A model generated the notes under the pieces. The model ran no database searches and had not been told where the DNA came from. It saw only the letters and a program-made list of their open reading frames with translations. The translations under genes and the position numbers were made by a program. This document shows, one piece after another, positions 1-13,830 of a stretch of DNA of 64,000 nucleotides; the stretch's first letter is position 1; every line of letters begins with the position of its first letter. The stretch is from Antedon mediterranea (lineage: Eukaryota; Animalia; Echinodermata), in NCBI RefSeq assembly GCF_964355755.1, contig NC_092672.1, positions 11,842,001 to 11,906,000 of the forward strand, written 5' to 3'.

Positions 1-980
1 ACCACTTCTCATTAAAAATCATTGTTTCGTGTTTTACGATCGACAAATCAAAGTATGCGTGTGACCTGCTCCGTCTGCCAGTTACTAACACGGAATTCAA
101 TGCTAATATTGAAATTGAATTACAAATTTATACCCGTAATATTGTTATTGTTTAACATTTCAACGTGTTATTGAACGCTGTGCACAAGTTAAATATCACG
201 TACTATGCTAACTGAAAATAATCCTGGTTGTATTTCCCATGGTTTCATTGTTGTGACTTCATATTAAGGGAAATGACACCAGGAAAAACAACAAGCTAGT
301 TTCCCATCCATACGTTTCAATAAGTTGAAATAAAGACAAAAATGAATGCGTTTCTGATTACCATTTGATCGATATTGTAATAATTCAACGGTCCGTGATT
401 GGCTAATCACAGAACTTTAAACAACGCGACAGTTGACTGACACGCTTCGTGAAGTCGAATTATTGATTACCATTCAAACCCAATTACATGCTGACTTTGT
501 TTAAATCTTTAAAACTCAACAGTCTACATTGTCGAACAATATTGTAAAGAATGTCGAATTAACAAAAAATGGTAATATTTTTAAATATTAACATTTTTAG
601 ATTAAAAAATACCAATTTGATTTAAATTATACAGTACTGTATTATAATACAGCATTGCTTTTATAAGCCAACCATTTCAATAGATTCATTGTATAAATTC
701 GTTTTAATTGGAAATCACGATGAAGAAGTAATGAATATGGATGAACCAAACAACAGTTTATTTAAACTAATTAATATTTACATTACTCATAATCCTTTTC
801 GTTATGATGCTGACTTGACAAATATTGCCTACTGTTAATGTCTTTTATGATTGTCTAAAAAAATCAGGATGTAATTTATAATTTAAAAAAAAAAGGAAAA
901 AAAGCCAGCCAACCCACCATTTATATATAGATAGTATCATGTCCAGTAGGTAGAGAGCATGATAACAGGGTCATCGTTTT

Positions 981-1129
981 AAGCTCTGTCTACACTATCA
1001 AACTTTATGTGACCAAAGAGAAGTGTGATGTGCGCATTATACGGTAACGATGAGGTCACATCATTACCGTATTATTTTGGGCGCATCATACATTTTTGTC
1101 AAACTTGTCTGTTAGTGTAGACAGAGCTT
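981..1129. mobile_element. MITE with 17-bp TIRs (aagctctgtctacacta / tagtgtagacagagctt), PIF/Harbinger-like ends
   Basis: Terminal inverted repeats seen directly; second copy at 19207-19341. Superfamily assignment is inference. Confidence 0.75.
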
Positions 1130-1932
1130 TTAAAGTAGTACAGAATGCATTTCTCAACAACATTGTATATTTTTACGTAAGTGAGATAATCGTACGTACT
1201 CTTCCTTATAGTCAGCGATTGCATACAAATTTGTGATATTCAATTGTTAACACTCGTGTCAAAATCATATTTATTGGGTCATGCTATCGATTGTGATGTG
1301 ATTTAACTCGTTACCTAATTCCGATGACAGCATCATAATTGCATCGTTTGTTTTACTAATGCATATGTTCAATACGTGATGTTACATTTGACATTTAAAC
1401 TTATAAGCTTGTTTGCTTTAAAATGATTTGTGACATCAGAATTGACAATGACATTATCGTAAAATCCTCTAAAAAGCATATCTAACTAAATGTATCTCTA
1501 TACAAAGGCGAGAGTTCGCACTGAAAAAGGAACAATGTAAATATATTTACTATATTCAGCAGTTAACAATAGATCATTTTTGTGTTAGTTTGAAAGTCGT
1601 AAACAAAGGGTGTATTGATTCTCCCTAACAATGCGAACAACGTTTTGATGAACTTTAATAGAGATTAAATTTAACTATAATAAGTTTAAAATAACTCTTT
1701 TTTATTTTATTTTATCTATCTCAGCTATTTAAATCGCATTTAATATAATATAGTTCTTAAATTATTATTTTTCTATTTAGGTATCAGTTATCAAATATTA
1801 CATTAATACATTTACATAAGCGCCCGTCTTTGTCATCTACCGGTACAACCACAATGAATTGTTGTACGTTATACAACATTGATTATTCAAAAAGGTAATC
1901 GGTGGAATTGTGCCTAACAATATTAGAGTATA

Positions 1933-2008
1933 TAAAAAAAAGTCGTGATTGGTGACGGACAATGTAACAATTGTTACATTGTCCGTCACCAATCACGACT
2001 TTTTTTTA
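1933..2008. repeat. Perfect 76-bp palindrome (38-bp arms, no loop)
   Basis: Arms checked base by base around the centre 1970/1971. Confidence 0.95.
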
Positions 2009-3029
2009 AAACAATTATTGTTACATTGTTGTTGAAGTAACTGTAATGTATTTATTTAGTAGGCTTTTATGTTGGACAATTATAATAATATGGAGGAAGT
2101 TCATGATCATAACACACTGTTTATTGCAGTGACTGACTAACACTTTCAACGAAACACTGAATAAACCTTAAATCATACGTAAACAATATAGATTTTTAAA
2201 TAACTGAATAATATTGTTTTTTTATGATCCCTGTATTAGTATTGACAATGATGTGAGTGTTTACTATCATATAAAACACAAACATCAGCAATAAACACTT
2301 ATTAATATTAGAGAAGTACAGCATACACAAAATGTATAGCTTTTTTATTGAAGTCATATTATCAATAGTTCATGAGATTTCAACAAATGGCCTTTTGTTA
2401 TCGTCTGCCTTTACACGATTTCGTAATCAAATATGTAATTCTGTATTGGGTAATCAAGTGCAGTGTATTGATTTCATTGGATTATAGTTTACATTTATTT
2501 CCTGACATCACCTGTTGCCGGCCATAATACTTTAATTTGTTGTTATTCGCCCATTTAACAATGTGTTGGTCATTAAAATCAAATCAATCCAAATCTTCTT
2601 AGGCCATAATATGAAAACACTCGAAACAGAAAGTGTTACGGTTTCACAAGAATACTACTATTAAAGATATATATAAAAAAATAATATTTTGTTTTTCATT
2701 TTTTTTATTTGTCATTTTAATGTCACATAATATTTTGAAAACAAAATGAATTACCTAAAAAAATGTAATTTAAAGCAAAAAATACTTAAATCTGTGTGTA
2801 GTACCTGAAATCGTTATATCGAAAATCTGAATAATAAAATGAACTATAAAAAAAAAATAACACAATGAATAAGTAAATGACTGATGTTTCATATCACAAT
2901 CTTGAAGATTGCGTTAGAAATATTTTATAGCTTTTGTTTTGAATCAATGTTTTATTCAAAGATGCAGACTGTCTGAACCAATTTGCCAACACAGATCCAG
3001 CATCATACGGAAAACCATGTCGGATTACA

Positions 3030-3550
3030 ATTGGTAAGAACCAAATAATCACTGGATTAATTTCCTATTCAGTGCAATGAACAGCGTGCCGCTATAAAAA
3101 CAGTCCACATGAGCTCGAAGTTGTTTTTTTCCGCATCGCGACAAGTATTGTAATTAGTCCACTGAGTTTGAGATCCATATTAACGATTTTGATTGGCCAT
3201 TCGCAAGTAAGCTGCGAAATGAAGCGAACAGACATCGATAGGCCTAATACTGAGCTCTCTCACTAAGAACAAAAATCAGTGAGCGACAGAAGTAATCTAA
3301 CATTGTTGTTTTCTGCGTAAGAGCGTGCAGAGTGTAAAAAGTCACTGTCGTTTGAAAGTTGTGGAATATAAATATCTGTGAATAATGATTTAATTCTGAC
3401 TAAAGTATGTTCGGTGACGGATTTAGATCTAATCATCATTGTGCATAACTTGTCTAAATATTTATGCTCATATAATTCGGTATTATTATACATCACGGTG
3501 TCGGCAAACGTAAGGGTGTGAATCTAAAAAAACAAACACTTTTGTTGCAG
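3030..3550 (+). promoter_or_regulatory. Candidate promoter/5' UTR intron for the solo gene
   Basis: Locally CpG-richer; TATAAAA 3093, donor-like caa|gtaagc 3207, acceptor-like cacttttgttgcag ending at 3550. Confidence 0.25.
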
Positions 3551-3913
3551 GTGGCTTCAGAATACATCAACTACAATGGCTATCATAATATTGAACAGTT
3601 GATGAATCAGCGTTGAATTTATTTTGCCACAGTTGATTGAGCAGACAAACAAATATTTTTTGTTGAAATTTTGTAGACTGAAGATTTTGTTCACCGAACG
3701 AAGCAAAGGCCGTGGCGGTACTTTCAGGACATTTATAGTGCTAGATATATTCAACCAGCCTTAACTATTCTTTCACTGGTTTACACAAGTTAGTAGGCAC
3801 ATTGATGACAGTTGGTCTGTGTACTTATTATTCTCGTTCTTTGATTGAATATGGACATAGACTGATAGTGATTTTGTAATAAAATGTTCAGTTTAGTTTA
3901 GATAAGCATCACA

Positions 3914-5317
3914 ATGTTTTACATATCGAACTGTGACTTATTCTCTTTTATTGGTGTATACCTGGTATCTTCGTTGGTAGTTGTTTCCGGGTCGTTTTCA
4001 ACAAACCCGGAAAAACAGGAGGCCAAAGAAGGAGGAAGTGCCTATATGTTTTGCCTCTATCCAGAAGACTTGAACGAGGGAGAAGAATTGGCGTGGTTCC
4101 GGTCAAGGGTTAAAATATCTAATCTAAATCAGGTTATTCGAGAAACTGTGGATGACCCATTGCGATATATATTTGATTTTGACGAAGCAACTCGTCGGTA
4201 TGGATTAACTATAAAGAAACTCAAACGATCAGATGCAACTGATTATGCATGTGCAGTGGTAAACGGTGATACCACCAACTTTGCAGATTCAGCTTATTTA
4301 ACAGTTAATGAAATTCCCAAAAAACCGATATGTTTAAGCGTAGAGGATACATACCCAGAGGGATTGTCGGCAAAGATTATATGTGGCGTTGAGAAAACTA
4401 ACCCTCCTGCTATTGTTACATGGAAGAGAGGCAACACGGTACTACAAACATTTCAAGAAAACAATAACGAACATGAATTTACATATTATAGTTACACTTT
4501 TAAACCTAATTTCAACGATAACCGGGCTACATTCACTTGTCAGGTTAAAACTGAAATCGACGATAGTTTTCAGGTAAACTGTACTACTGGAATAATAAAT
4601 GTTTTGTACAAACCAAGAGTTTCAATACCAGATGGAACAGATATTAATGAAGGAAAAGAAGCTGTACTATTTTGTGAATCTGACGCGAATCCTGATGCTA
4701 CAAGTTACGATTGGAAATTTGAACCAGACATTGATCCTAACCGACTAAAATTTGAGAATAACAATAAGATTCTTAGAATAATTGCGGCAACTAAAGATCT
4801 AAATGAATCCAAAGTGATATGTACGTCTAGTAATACGGTTGGTTCTTCGTCTGCTTATGTAACTTTAATAATTAACCCACCTCAACTAAAGACTTACACA
4901 ACAGGGGGAGTGTACGACCCAGCAGATCAGCAGGTAAATGGAGAGGAAGGCCTAGCTTTTACAGTTCCTCTTATCCTTGCTCTGGCTGGAGGGTGCTCAG
5001 TGCTTTTTCTATTTCTTCTTTTAATACCAATTTGTTATATACATATGTTTGGACGTAAACGTGTAATGACGCCAGATGGTAGAATAATTGCTCAGCCAGA
5101 TATATATTTTGAGCCTAGGGATAGAATAATGCCTCCGTTACCAGGCCTTCCCGATGGGATGACGTGGGTTCGATCTGTAGGTGTACAAGTACCAGGAGAA
5201 GCCGAAAGTGAATCTGCGTTTTATGCAGAAATTTCTGGAAGTAGAAAATCAGCATGTTCAGCTTATGGATCATATACTGGTTACGGAACATATGGTAGAC
5301 GATCAACGTACATTTAA
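3914..5317 (+). CDS. Intronless type I membrane IgSF receptor (V-type Ig + 2 Ig, TM, Tyr-rich tail); divergent solo paralogue of the array genes
   Basis: 467 aa ORF. Hydrophobic N-terminus; Ig hallmarks C..W..DATDYAC, C..W..FTC, C.SDANP..W..C; TM VPLILALAGGCSVLFLFLLLIPICYI. Tail motifs PDIYFEPRD and WVRSVGVQVPGE are shared with the array. Nectin/CADM/KIRREL-like architecture, no orthologue assignable. Confidence 0.9.
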   Translation: MFYISNCDLFSFIGVYLVSSLVVVSGSFSTNPEKQEAKEGGSAYMFCLYPEDLNEGEELAWFRSRVKISNLNQVIRETVDDPLRYIFDFDEATRRYGLTIKKLKRSDATDYACAVVNGDTTNFADSAYLTVNEIPKKPICLSVEDTYPEGLSAKIICGVEKTNPPAIVTWKRGNTVLQTFQENNNEHEFTYYSYTFKPNFNDNRATFTCQVKTEIDDSFQVNCTTGIINVLYKPRVSIPDGTDINEGKEAVLFCESDANPDATSYDWKFEPDIDPNRLKFENNNKILRIIAATKDLNESKVICTSSNTVGSSSAYVTLIINPPQLKTYTTGGVYDPADQQVNGEEGLAFTVPLILALAGGCSVLFLFLLLIPICYIHMFGRKRVMTPDGRIIAQPDIYFEPRDRIMPPLPGLPDGMTWVRSVGVQVPGEAESESAFYAEISGSRKSACSAYGSYTGYGTYGRRSTYI

Positions 5318-8300
5318 AAGTATAACTAAACATAAGTTAAATGTTAAATATAATTTAAATGCATATATTTTATTGAGAGTAACTCGTATGCAACATTTTA
5401 AAATGTAAATAGTAATTTCTATGAAAATAATTAATTATTAACGCCGCGCAAATGACCATCTAAATCAAAGTTGATAAACTATATTTAAATATTTTGGAGA
5501 TACTTTTATGAGGACATGAGTTGACCTCAAATTAATGAACATTTATGACTTATGAGATTTTAATCTAGCTAGATCCAGGCTACTTATAGAATCAGGCCAT
5601 TCTGTATGACTATAGAATTATTAAACATCTGTAGTCAACCACGAATATTTCTGTAAGATCCGATCTAGTACTCAATAATGTAAGCTGAGTTGCTCTAGAT
5701 TTATAAATGTGCTGCTCTACCTACAATCAGTATTTCATTAAGTGTGATGATTATTCTTTCTATTCACGTCTGTTGAGTTATGTGTTATGCGTATTTCGCA
5801 TCTATTAAAATGAGATTTCGTTCGTACTAGTTGTTGATTACTGTTAATTATAATGTTTAACCATTCACGATGCTTTTTCGCGAATGATGACAGTAAATTT
5901 ATATTATTGATGATAGCAATGCGAGATGATGATTGCGATAGGAGGACGGCATTTAAACTCTGTCGAATGCAATTGTAAATAGCACAGTGCCCTACCTCTA
6001 TAAATATTGGCATTCCTGTAGGATGGTGAATTTGCATTGCTATTAAAATTGTCAAATTGATTTTAATCATTTTGCCTACAAGCAAGTTCTAACTCCGTGT
6101 GCAGGATGTGTAATCAACTCCAAGTATTGGCTAGATAATCATACAACATCTTACGAGTTCGATCGCTATACGATCAATACAATCTGGGACGTGACCATTG
6201 ACGAGTCATCATTTTAAGACTCATGTTAGAGAGCATGCTGTATTTTACTACTCTCTTTCTATAACCAATGTAATTATAGTTAAATTAAAATTCAGTATAA
6301 CATTAATTTTGTTTGTATTGTATAAAGTTTTATTATTAAAAAGATGGTGCTTTTCGATTTGGAATAATATTATTATTTCGTTTATCGTAAAATTAACTAT
6401 TGAGTGTATAATGATTGCCTTGCCAAATCGTTGGAGAATAATTCATTTAAAGATTTAAAATAAAAGAGCAATACATATTTAGAATATTCAAAATTCAGAA
6501 TGTTACGCAAAAAAAAATTATTGTTTTTTTTTTCTACATTAAATCTACAGAAAGTAGGCCTTTTGGTTATAATGTCTTCACTGAATGCCACACGATTAAA
6601 ACATACATTGTAATACCGTAATATTCATCAGCAATGTCACTATTTAGTAAATCTTTCATGAAACCATGGGAACTTTGTATAATGTTAATATAACGGAATA
6701 TTCAAATCATAGCTAATGATCTGCTTTAATCAAAGCAAAACACTGATCATAATACTAACTGACAATAACATTTTGATCAACGGCCAAATAAGTGATGCGA
6801 TGCCTTAAGCGAATCTAAGAAACACAATATCACTGCTGTTTTAATAAATTGAGCTTTATTTAGATATGCAAAATATTATTATAGCCTAGAGATCTTTAAT
6901 TGGAATCATGGTCGTATTAATTATTAGACGATTTATCCGAATTACGTCGATCTTTATTATTTAGACGTCGCTCGTCACAATTTTTGTTTTAATATTAATT
7001 TACCTGTGTCTGAATAGCACTGGCCAAAAAAAGGTTTACAGTACCGTACTGGTCTACTTCTAACACAGGTTGCTTCATCAGAATAGATGTTGATTATGAC
7101 AATACTGATGGCTTTTATAACGCTCGTGCATGATGATGTAAATTCATTTGATTGGACACTCACGGGTCACGTAGCGTGCAATAGTACGTTAAGAAGTTAA
7201 ATATCGTGAAATAGAATTCCATCTATCACCATCTAAAATCATAAACATTCTGAGGATATTTAGGCTATGAATGATGATGAATGACGATGATGATGGCACT
7301 AATGATGTTATAGCTTATTTGACGATGATAATAATGACGAATGATAATAAAATAGTGACGATGATAATAACTTATATCATGTGTTGTAACGGCCCTATTC
7401 TCTCTATAATTAGGTAGGTTATTATTATCAAGAAATGTATGCTCAATATAATGACTACTTATTCATTGAACTTTACTAATCTGTGCCGTCATTATCGGAT
7501 TATGGAAATGATATAATGATGTTCATACACATGCTAGGTCCAGGAATAATTTCAAGATGCATGTCAATAACCGGGTTTGTTATCGACCGTTAATGCATAC
7601 ATCTGCATGACATACTAATTGCAGTGGTGCATCGGTACAGACAAAATCAACAGTATTGAAATCGGGCCTTATTTTGTCAATAATAAGTTTATTGTATTAA
7701 TTCATTTTCCACTCGTCTCTTTCAGCATTGTTTTTCTCACAACCATACATAATGTAATTAATACATCCGGGAGCTTAAATTCTCGGTAATGCTTTGTCGT
7801 CAGACATCAATGACATCATAATAACCATGGAGGTATAACATATTGTATAACTCGATGATAATAACCAACACGTATCCGTAAAAAAAAAACAAACGGAAAA
7901 AAATCATCTATCACGTATGCGATATTATATTGGAAAGTTCATTGAAATATACGTAATCGTAAAGAAGGATTAGAACAGTAATTTTACAATCGTCATTAAT
8001 CAATTATTGATTTTTGTGAGTCAGTTTAGATTTATGTCAATAAGACCGTCGTTCATACAATTTGTATTTGTACATTGTTTACATTGTATATATATACTTT
8101 CCTACAACCTTTGCTAATGAACTCGTAGCACGCGACTAATGCATAAACAAAACAAACAATGGAATAACTAGCAGATTTATATTGAGCCTGTATAACTACG
8201 CCAAAAAGCGTTAATGCAAAACGTAAAATACTATTAACAACTAAGTAGATGCTTTACAGTGTGTATTTACGCTTCTTATCCGCAACATTTTCACACTTTT

Positions 8301-9766
8301 AGAACTTCGATATGAGTCCATCGGCGTCATGTGTTCAGACAACGTGATATTATAGGCAGCTTTATATAAACCTTTTACGTGAAGATAAAACAGAATTAAC
8401 ATTATTGTAGATCGATAAATGGGTACATGAATAGTTCTTTCGTTTCATGTTCTTCAACCGGCCAGAACACAACGTGTTTTGGTAGTTTCTATTTCAACTA
8501 TACCTGTTAGGTGCCTACTGTTCGTTCTATGTTATGGCACTGCGCTGCATATACCAGCGAATTATTCAAGAGATAACATAATTCAAACAAACAGTTTAAT
8601 ATTATTTCCAATATACATATCTAAACCCTTATATGTGAAGTAGTGAAATAATGTAAAGTGAAATGATTAATATTCATAGACTCTTCCCTGATGTGATTGG
8701 TCAATGCGGCCACGGTACGATATCTTGTTTTTTGTTGGTTTTTTTTTGTTTGTAAAGAATTCATTATGAAAAAAAGTATGTTCTTATTTTATTATTGTAT
8801 TCATGGAAATTACGATTATGTCTATATTACTAAATATTAGCGTGTGTTGTTGTTTTTATTATTGTTCAGACTATGTTTACTATCGTATATACGATAATCC
8901 TTCCAATATAACTCAGTATTGTGCATTGGGAAAATATAATGCTCATCATTACAAGAATGCTATTATTAATAATAATAAAATGACTACTTTTCTATTAAAC
9001 AATGCGAAACCAAAATTAGCTAAAGCCGAAAGTACGTGCTAAACTGCATCCAGGCAAGCTGAAAACCAGCGTTAGATCTCAGGACTGAGGAACTTAACGC
9101 TGAATATTAAGCATTCCCGAGCAATGAGACGTGTCGACTGTAATCCCAGGTTTCTGATGAAGACCTATTAATTATTACTCTAATGGTATCATTTCTATTC
9201 TTGTGCGACCCCCGGTGATTTTGCATAATTTAAACGCATAATTTGGAATAAGACTGATCCTAATGATCATTAATTCTGAGGTAGATTATATCCATCCGAT
9301 TATATTGGCATCTACTTTTTTCGTTTCCTTATTGTTGCAAATTATAGAAAGTTCTAAATATATGATTATAACCAAGAACATTTTTTTCATCAAAATCATC
9401 TCTTGGAAATATATATTTATTGATAATACTGTTATTTTTAATTCAATATTAGATCATTGTTTAAATATAATATTATTAAAAAACAAGGTTGTTCGGCATT
9501 TATGAACACAATGTTTTAATGTAGTTGATTAATGTCATTTAAAAAAAAACACTAATACAAAAACGGGGATTGAAACATTCACGTTTTTTTTTATTTTGTT
9601 GCGATGTAGTGAAAGCAAGTTAAGTTATTAATATTTTAGTCGTATCCTAGTTATTATAACACTCTCGGTTCAACAAAGACCAAATTACATTACAACAATT
9701 ATCTTTAGAACTAAGGGAGTGCTTTTAAAACATTACAGAGTGTATGTTATCAATGTCGTTCACCTT

Positions 9767-10113
9767 AAAGCTAGGTTCACACTGGAACGCAACACAAGGA
9801 CTTATATGCAACGCCTTTGACGTAACCGTGTCGTATGAACATAACCTTGCGTGTCACAAGTGGAAACCTACGACGTAATAAGAACGGTGTCGTAGATGCT
9901 TTTCAGCAACTGTTTCTCCTTTGTGTACGTCGCAACTCGTAAAACCTGGTTCCCAATTAGACGTCAAGCAAGGACGCGTAAACGTACCGCAAGTAATCTG
10001 ACCAATCACGACACAATGGTCTACATCCGAACTGTCGATGGTTGATTAGTCAAATAACCCGCGTTTACACCACCTATACATCGTTAGGTTGCTTCCAAGT
10101 GGGAACCAAGATT
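9767..10113. mobile_element. Two adjacent degenerate MITEs (ggttcccact-type TIRs); related copy at about 17320-17490
   Basis: cctggttcccaatt ... aagtgggaaccaag ends. The internal ccaatca...catccgaac.gtcg...tgatt.gtcaa is shared with 17390-17440. Confidence 0.55.
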
Positions 10114-10602
10114 TCGAGGAGGATGTGAATTGATGAACAGTATTTTCTCACGTAGCGTAACGTCAACAAGCTTACATGCATTCGATCCAGTTCAGAGTCT
10201 CTCCTTCAATAATAATTGTTTAAAACTAATTGTGACAGTTTGAACTTTAAGCTAACCAATTATTTAACGAGTATGAATAAAATACTAATGCTACTATTTT
10301 AGTTGTGGATATTAATCAATAATATTATGCAATTTTAATAACGAGTTTCTTCTCCTGTACGGTCAATGTTCGTGCTTTAGGGCACTAGTAATATCTACAC
10401 AGAGTATGTCTACTTCATGGAGGAAATGTCATGGTTGGGACCTACTATTCAGTTATTTTTTATGAAACTATTAATCATAGTTTGAATCTACTGCTTTAGT
10501 TGTTTGTTCAATGTATACTATGTTATCTCTATTTTATCTGTTTTGTTACTTATCTGACTACTCCAAAACAAGTTTGTCGAAGAGCACGTCCCCTCTGCCC
10601 AC

Positions 10603-10818
10603 TAATTTGGGATTTAATCGGCAATTATTAGTAAAACAAAATATATGGTTTCAAATACAAGCAAGGGAGTGTATTTATGTTCGTTTTAATCACTGTATTA
10701 CTAACATATTGATGTGTATTAATTACATTAATTAAAACGAACATAAATACACTCCCTTGCTTGTATTTGAAACCATATATTTTGTTTTACTAATAATTGC
10801 CGATTAAATCCCAAATTA
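10603..10818. repeat. Inverted repeat with 88-bp arms and a 40-nt loop
   Basis: 10603-10690 is the reverse complement of 10731-10818. Confidence 0.93.
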
Positions 10819-11967
10819 CCGCTATATGTTTTAAAGGACAACATTTTTATTCATCTCCTTGTGGCCATCAAAGGCTGCACTAACATGATGATTAAATATA
10901 TAGGTCTAACTAAATAATAATTCAATACGGAAAATCTGTACACTGTTATATACCTTCAACAAACAATCATCTAAAATGTATGATAATTATATTTTTCTTA
11001 TGAAAACAATGTCAAATTTACTATTTTAAAATCATCGTTAAATCGTGTTCTCTATTAATATCTGTTTAAGCTAATTTGAAACACGATATCAAATGCCATT
11101 GCGAGTATCTGAGTACATTTAAATATTTGAATATGAATTGAAAATACTATGGTAATATTATTTTAGAACGAAATCGTTGCATTCGAAATGATTTAGCACA
11201 ATAGCATGGTTAGCTAATAAAACAAGCCAGCTTATCGTTTAATATTTTGAATAACAATGGGTCGTCTAAAATCGTTCAGTTTCAAAATCACTACAACTTG
11301 TTTAAAAATCATATCGACATTTTAAAATGCAAGCGAGTGAACGCGTCGGATTTAAAAAAAAGTAAATGGTTCCCCTGCTGCGTGCGAAACAAAGACAATG
11401 ATGAGAAATTATTGACTAAACACAGACTGCCTTTTAATTTGCTGTTACCGGCTTCCAAAGACATTAGCTGACGGACCAATTAACAGTGCCTGGCCATGAT
11501 CAATCTATTCTGAAGCGTAAACCTCAATAACTATACGTACTAATTAAGTGTGAAATTGTCTTTCATAATCATAGCAACACAGTTAGGTAATTAGACCGCT
11601 GAGGGCAGCACGGTCATGGTGTTATTTCAAACATTTAAGTGTGTGTTTTTTAACACGTTTACTTGCGTATCAAATACCAGACACCATGTTTACGCCTAGT
11701 GAAAACTCCTATCCATGATGTCCTAGTTTGCCCGTGTATTATGCATGTTCATTTCCTGAGGGATTCTAACCACCTTTACAAAAATCAAAACAAAGGAATA
11801 CACAAAAGACCTGGAAACAATCAATTGTTTACCACAAAAAAAAAGGACAATAGGCCAAGAGAACTGACTTTGGTTATGATTTCATTATAGTGACGTTGTT
11901 CAGTTACAAATATGTAATTTAAAGGCATAATAGTTGAATATTAGAATATTATAATGAAGAACCATTG

Positions 11968-12325
11968 AAGATGTATTGTCCCTTTAAAAAACATGAAAAA
12001 TGAAAATTAATTAAGTCAGTCTTTGAATAGGTTATTTTGCAGTTTTATGAAAGTTAATCATTTGTGACAGAAAAAAAAAACAACACGAAAACAAATAATG
12101 TTTTCATTTAAACAATGACAAAATAAAGGTTAAATTCAACTAAAACCAATGGCTGTCAGCCAATTGACGAGTTTTGCATTAAATTACATATCTTTTCAGG
12201 TAATTTTTTTTTTAATCCAATTTTGTTCAAAGTCGATAACTATTATGTAACATTATAACAGCATATTCAACACTATTCAACTCAAGATTTTTAAGAATTT
12301 ATTTTTCAGGGGGACAATACACTTT
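11968..12325. mobile_element. Non-autonomous DNA transposon with aagatgtattgtccc / gggacaatacactt ends
   Basis: Imperfect TIRs; related copies at about 14328-14768 and 21397-21696. Confidence 0.6.
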
Positions 12326-12449
12326 TTATTGAGTTTGTTGTAATTTCAAGACAATACAACATATGGCCTTGGAATAAACAAATGAATGAATATTGGTGAT
12401 GTACGAATAACAGAATTAAACGTTCGCCATATAGGCCTACCAAGCCTAG

Positions 12450-12494
12450 GTATAACCATGGAGTAAAGAATAATTCTTTACTCCATGGTATAAC
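12450..12494. mobile_element. 31-bp palindromic transposon footprint with 7-bp target-site duplication
   Basis: gtataac|catggagtaaagaat-a-attctttactccatg|gtataac. Confidence 0.65.
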
Positions 12495-13725
12495 CATGGT
12501 TTTCGTGCAGCCGGTAACATCCACCATTTAATTATATCAAATTCAATCAATCAATCAATCAATAAATTTATTTCTCAAATAAAAACAAAATACAGTTACA
12601 TTTTCTAGAAATAATAGATAATAAATGAGAAAAAGGGTACCCCACTGGAAGCTTAAGTTTTAAAATGTGGGGTCCAGGCAACATATTTAAAAATAAGGTA
12701 TTCGAATTCGAATGGTTACTGTATCTTAAATGAGTCTTGTAATTCAATTTCCTAGCGTGTTACTATTCACATTTTTGTTTATATTTAGTAGCTCGAAATC
12801 ACTTTCGAACTCATGTTTATCTAAAGAATTTAATGAAATATCAAACTCGGTCAGTCATCTCAATACTGGTGTTTATTGGAAACACTTTAATTAAGTTCCA
12901 GGCATCAACATCAAGTAGTAACTAAAAAATGTGACGCTTAATTATAAATAGATGATACACTCTGGATTGATGATAGTAGTGTATCATTTGTTTGTGTTTT
13001 GTTTTGTTTAGTAGGGTAGATGTGCGTATTTTACCATTAATACATTATCACTTACCAATTGAAATGTCTTCAGTATAAACAGCATTGATACGAAATGAAT
13101 AGATATGTCATAAGTGACTCGACTTGAATTGTCATCTTTTCTTGCTGTACATATCGCCTCTGTTGATTATTAACGCTAAGAATAAGAAATCTGTTTTTTT
13201 CTAATCATCGATTTATAATTTGTTTATTGTTATACGACACACTTATAGGCCTAGTGTTACATTCATTTAAATTAGTGAAATTACAATAATGTCCTTTATA
13301 GTATAATTTATTATGTTTTTATCTATCGATCTAAGCTACTTTTTTATTTGTCGGTGTATTTGTTTATATTTGTTTTATTAAACAAAAAAAGTGATGTGCA
13401 GTCCATTGCATTTAATATTTCATCCAAGGGGAAACACGAAATAATGTAATTCAGACACAAATTTATAATACACAACCGATACTAAGGCCTACACATGAAA
13501 TATCCCTTTAACCTGTAACATGAACAATGGCAATAACATTTTTACGATCCACCATACAGCAATTATGTTTTTTTTTTTTTGCCAACTTGATTGCTTAAGC
13601 AGCTGTGTGAAGATTCCGAACACAATTTTCCGTCATAGTTAACGATAAGCGAGTGGGACAGGGAGAAGCTGGGGATTGTTTACCTATAATATGTTGGTCC
13701 ATGGTTTATGCACCCGATTGTTTCA

Positions 13726-13830
13726 TTTTTAGTGGCGTGCAACTCGAATCTACAGCTCACTATGTCCATCGGTTGATCGGATGGTCGGTCGGTTGAGCAC
13801 GCGACTGCAGCCATGTGTATGGCCTTGTTT
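13726..13830 (-). mobile_element. Short Helentron/DINE-1-like (HINE-type) element with (accg)n core
   Basis: The reverse strand reads aaacaaggccat..ggctgcagtcgcgtgctcaa-(accg)n-catagtgagctgtaga..gcacgccactaaaaa. The subterminal inverted repeat plus tetranucleotide microsatellite matches HINE layout (class is inference). Confidence 0.6.
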
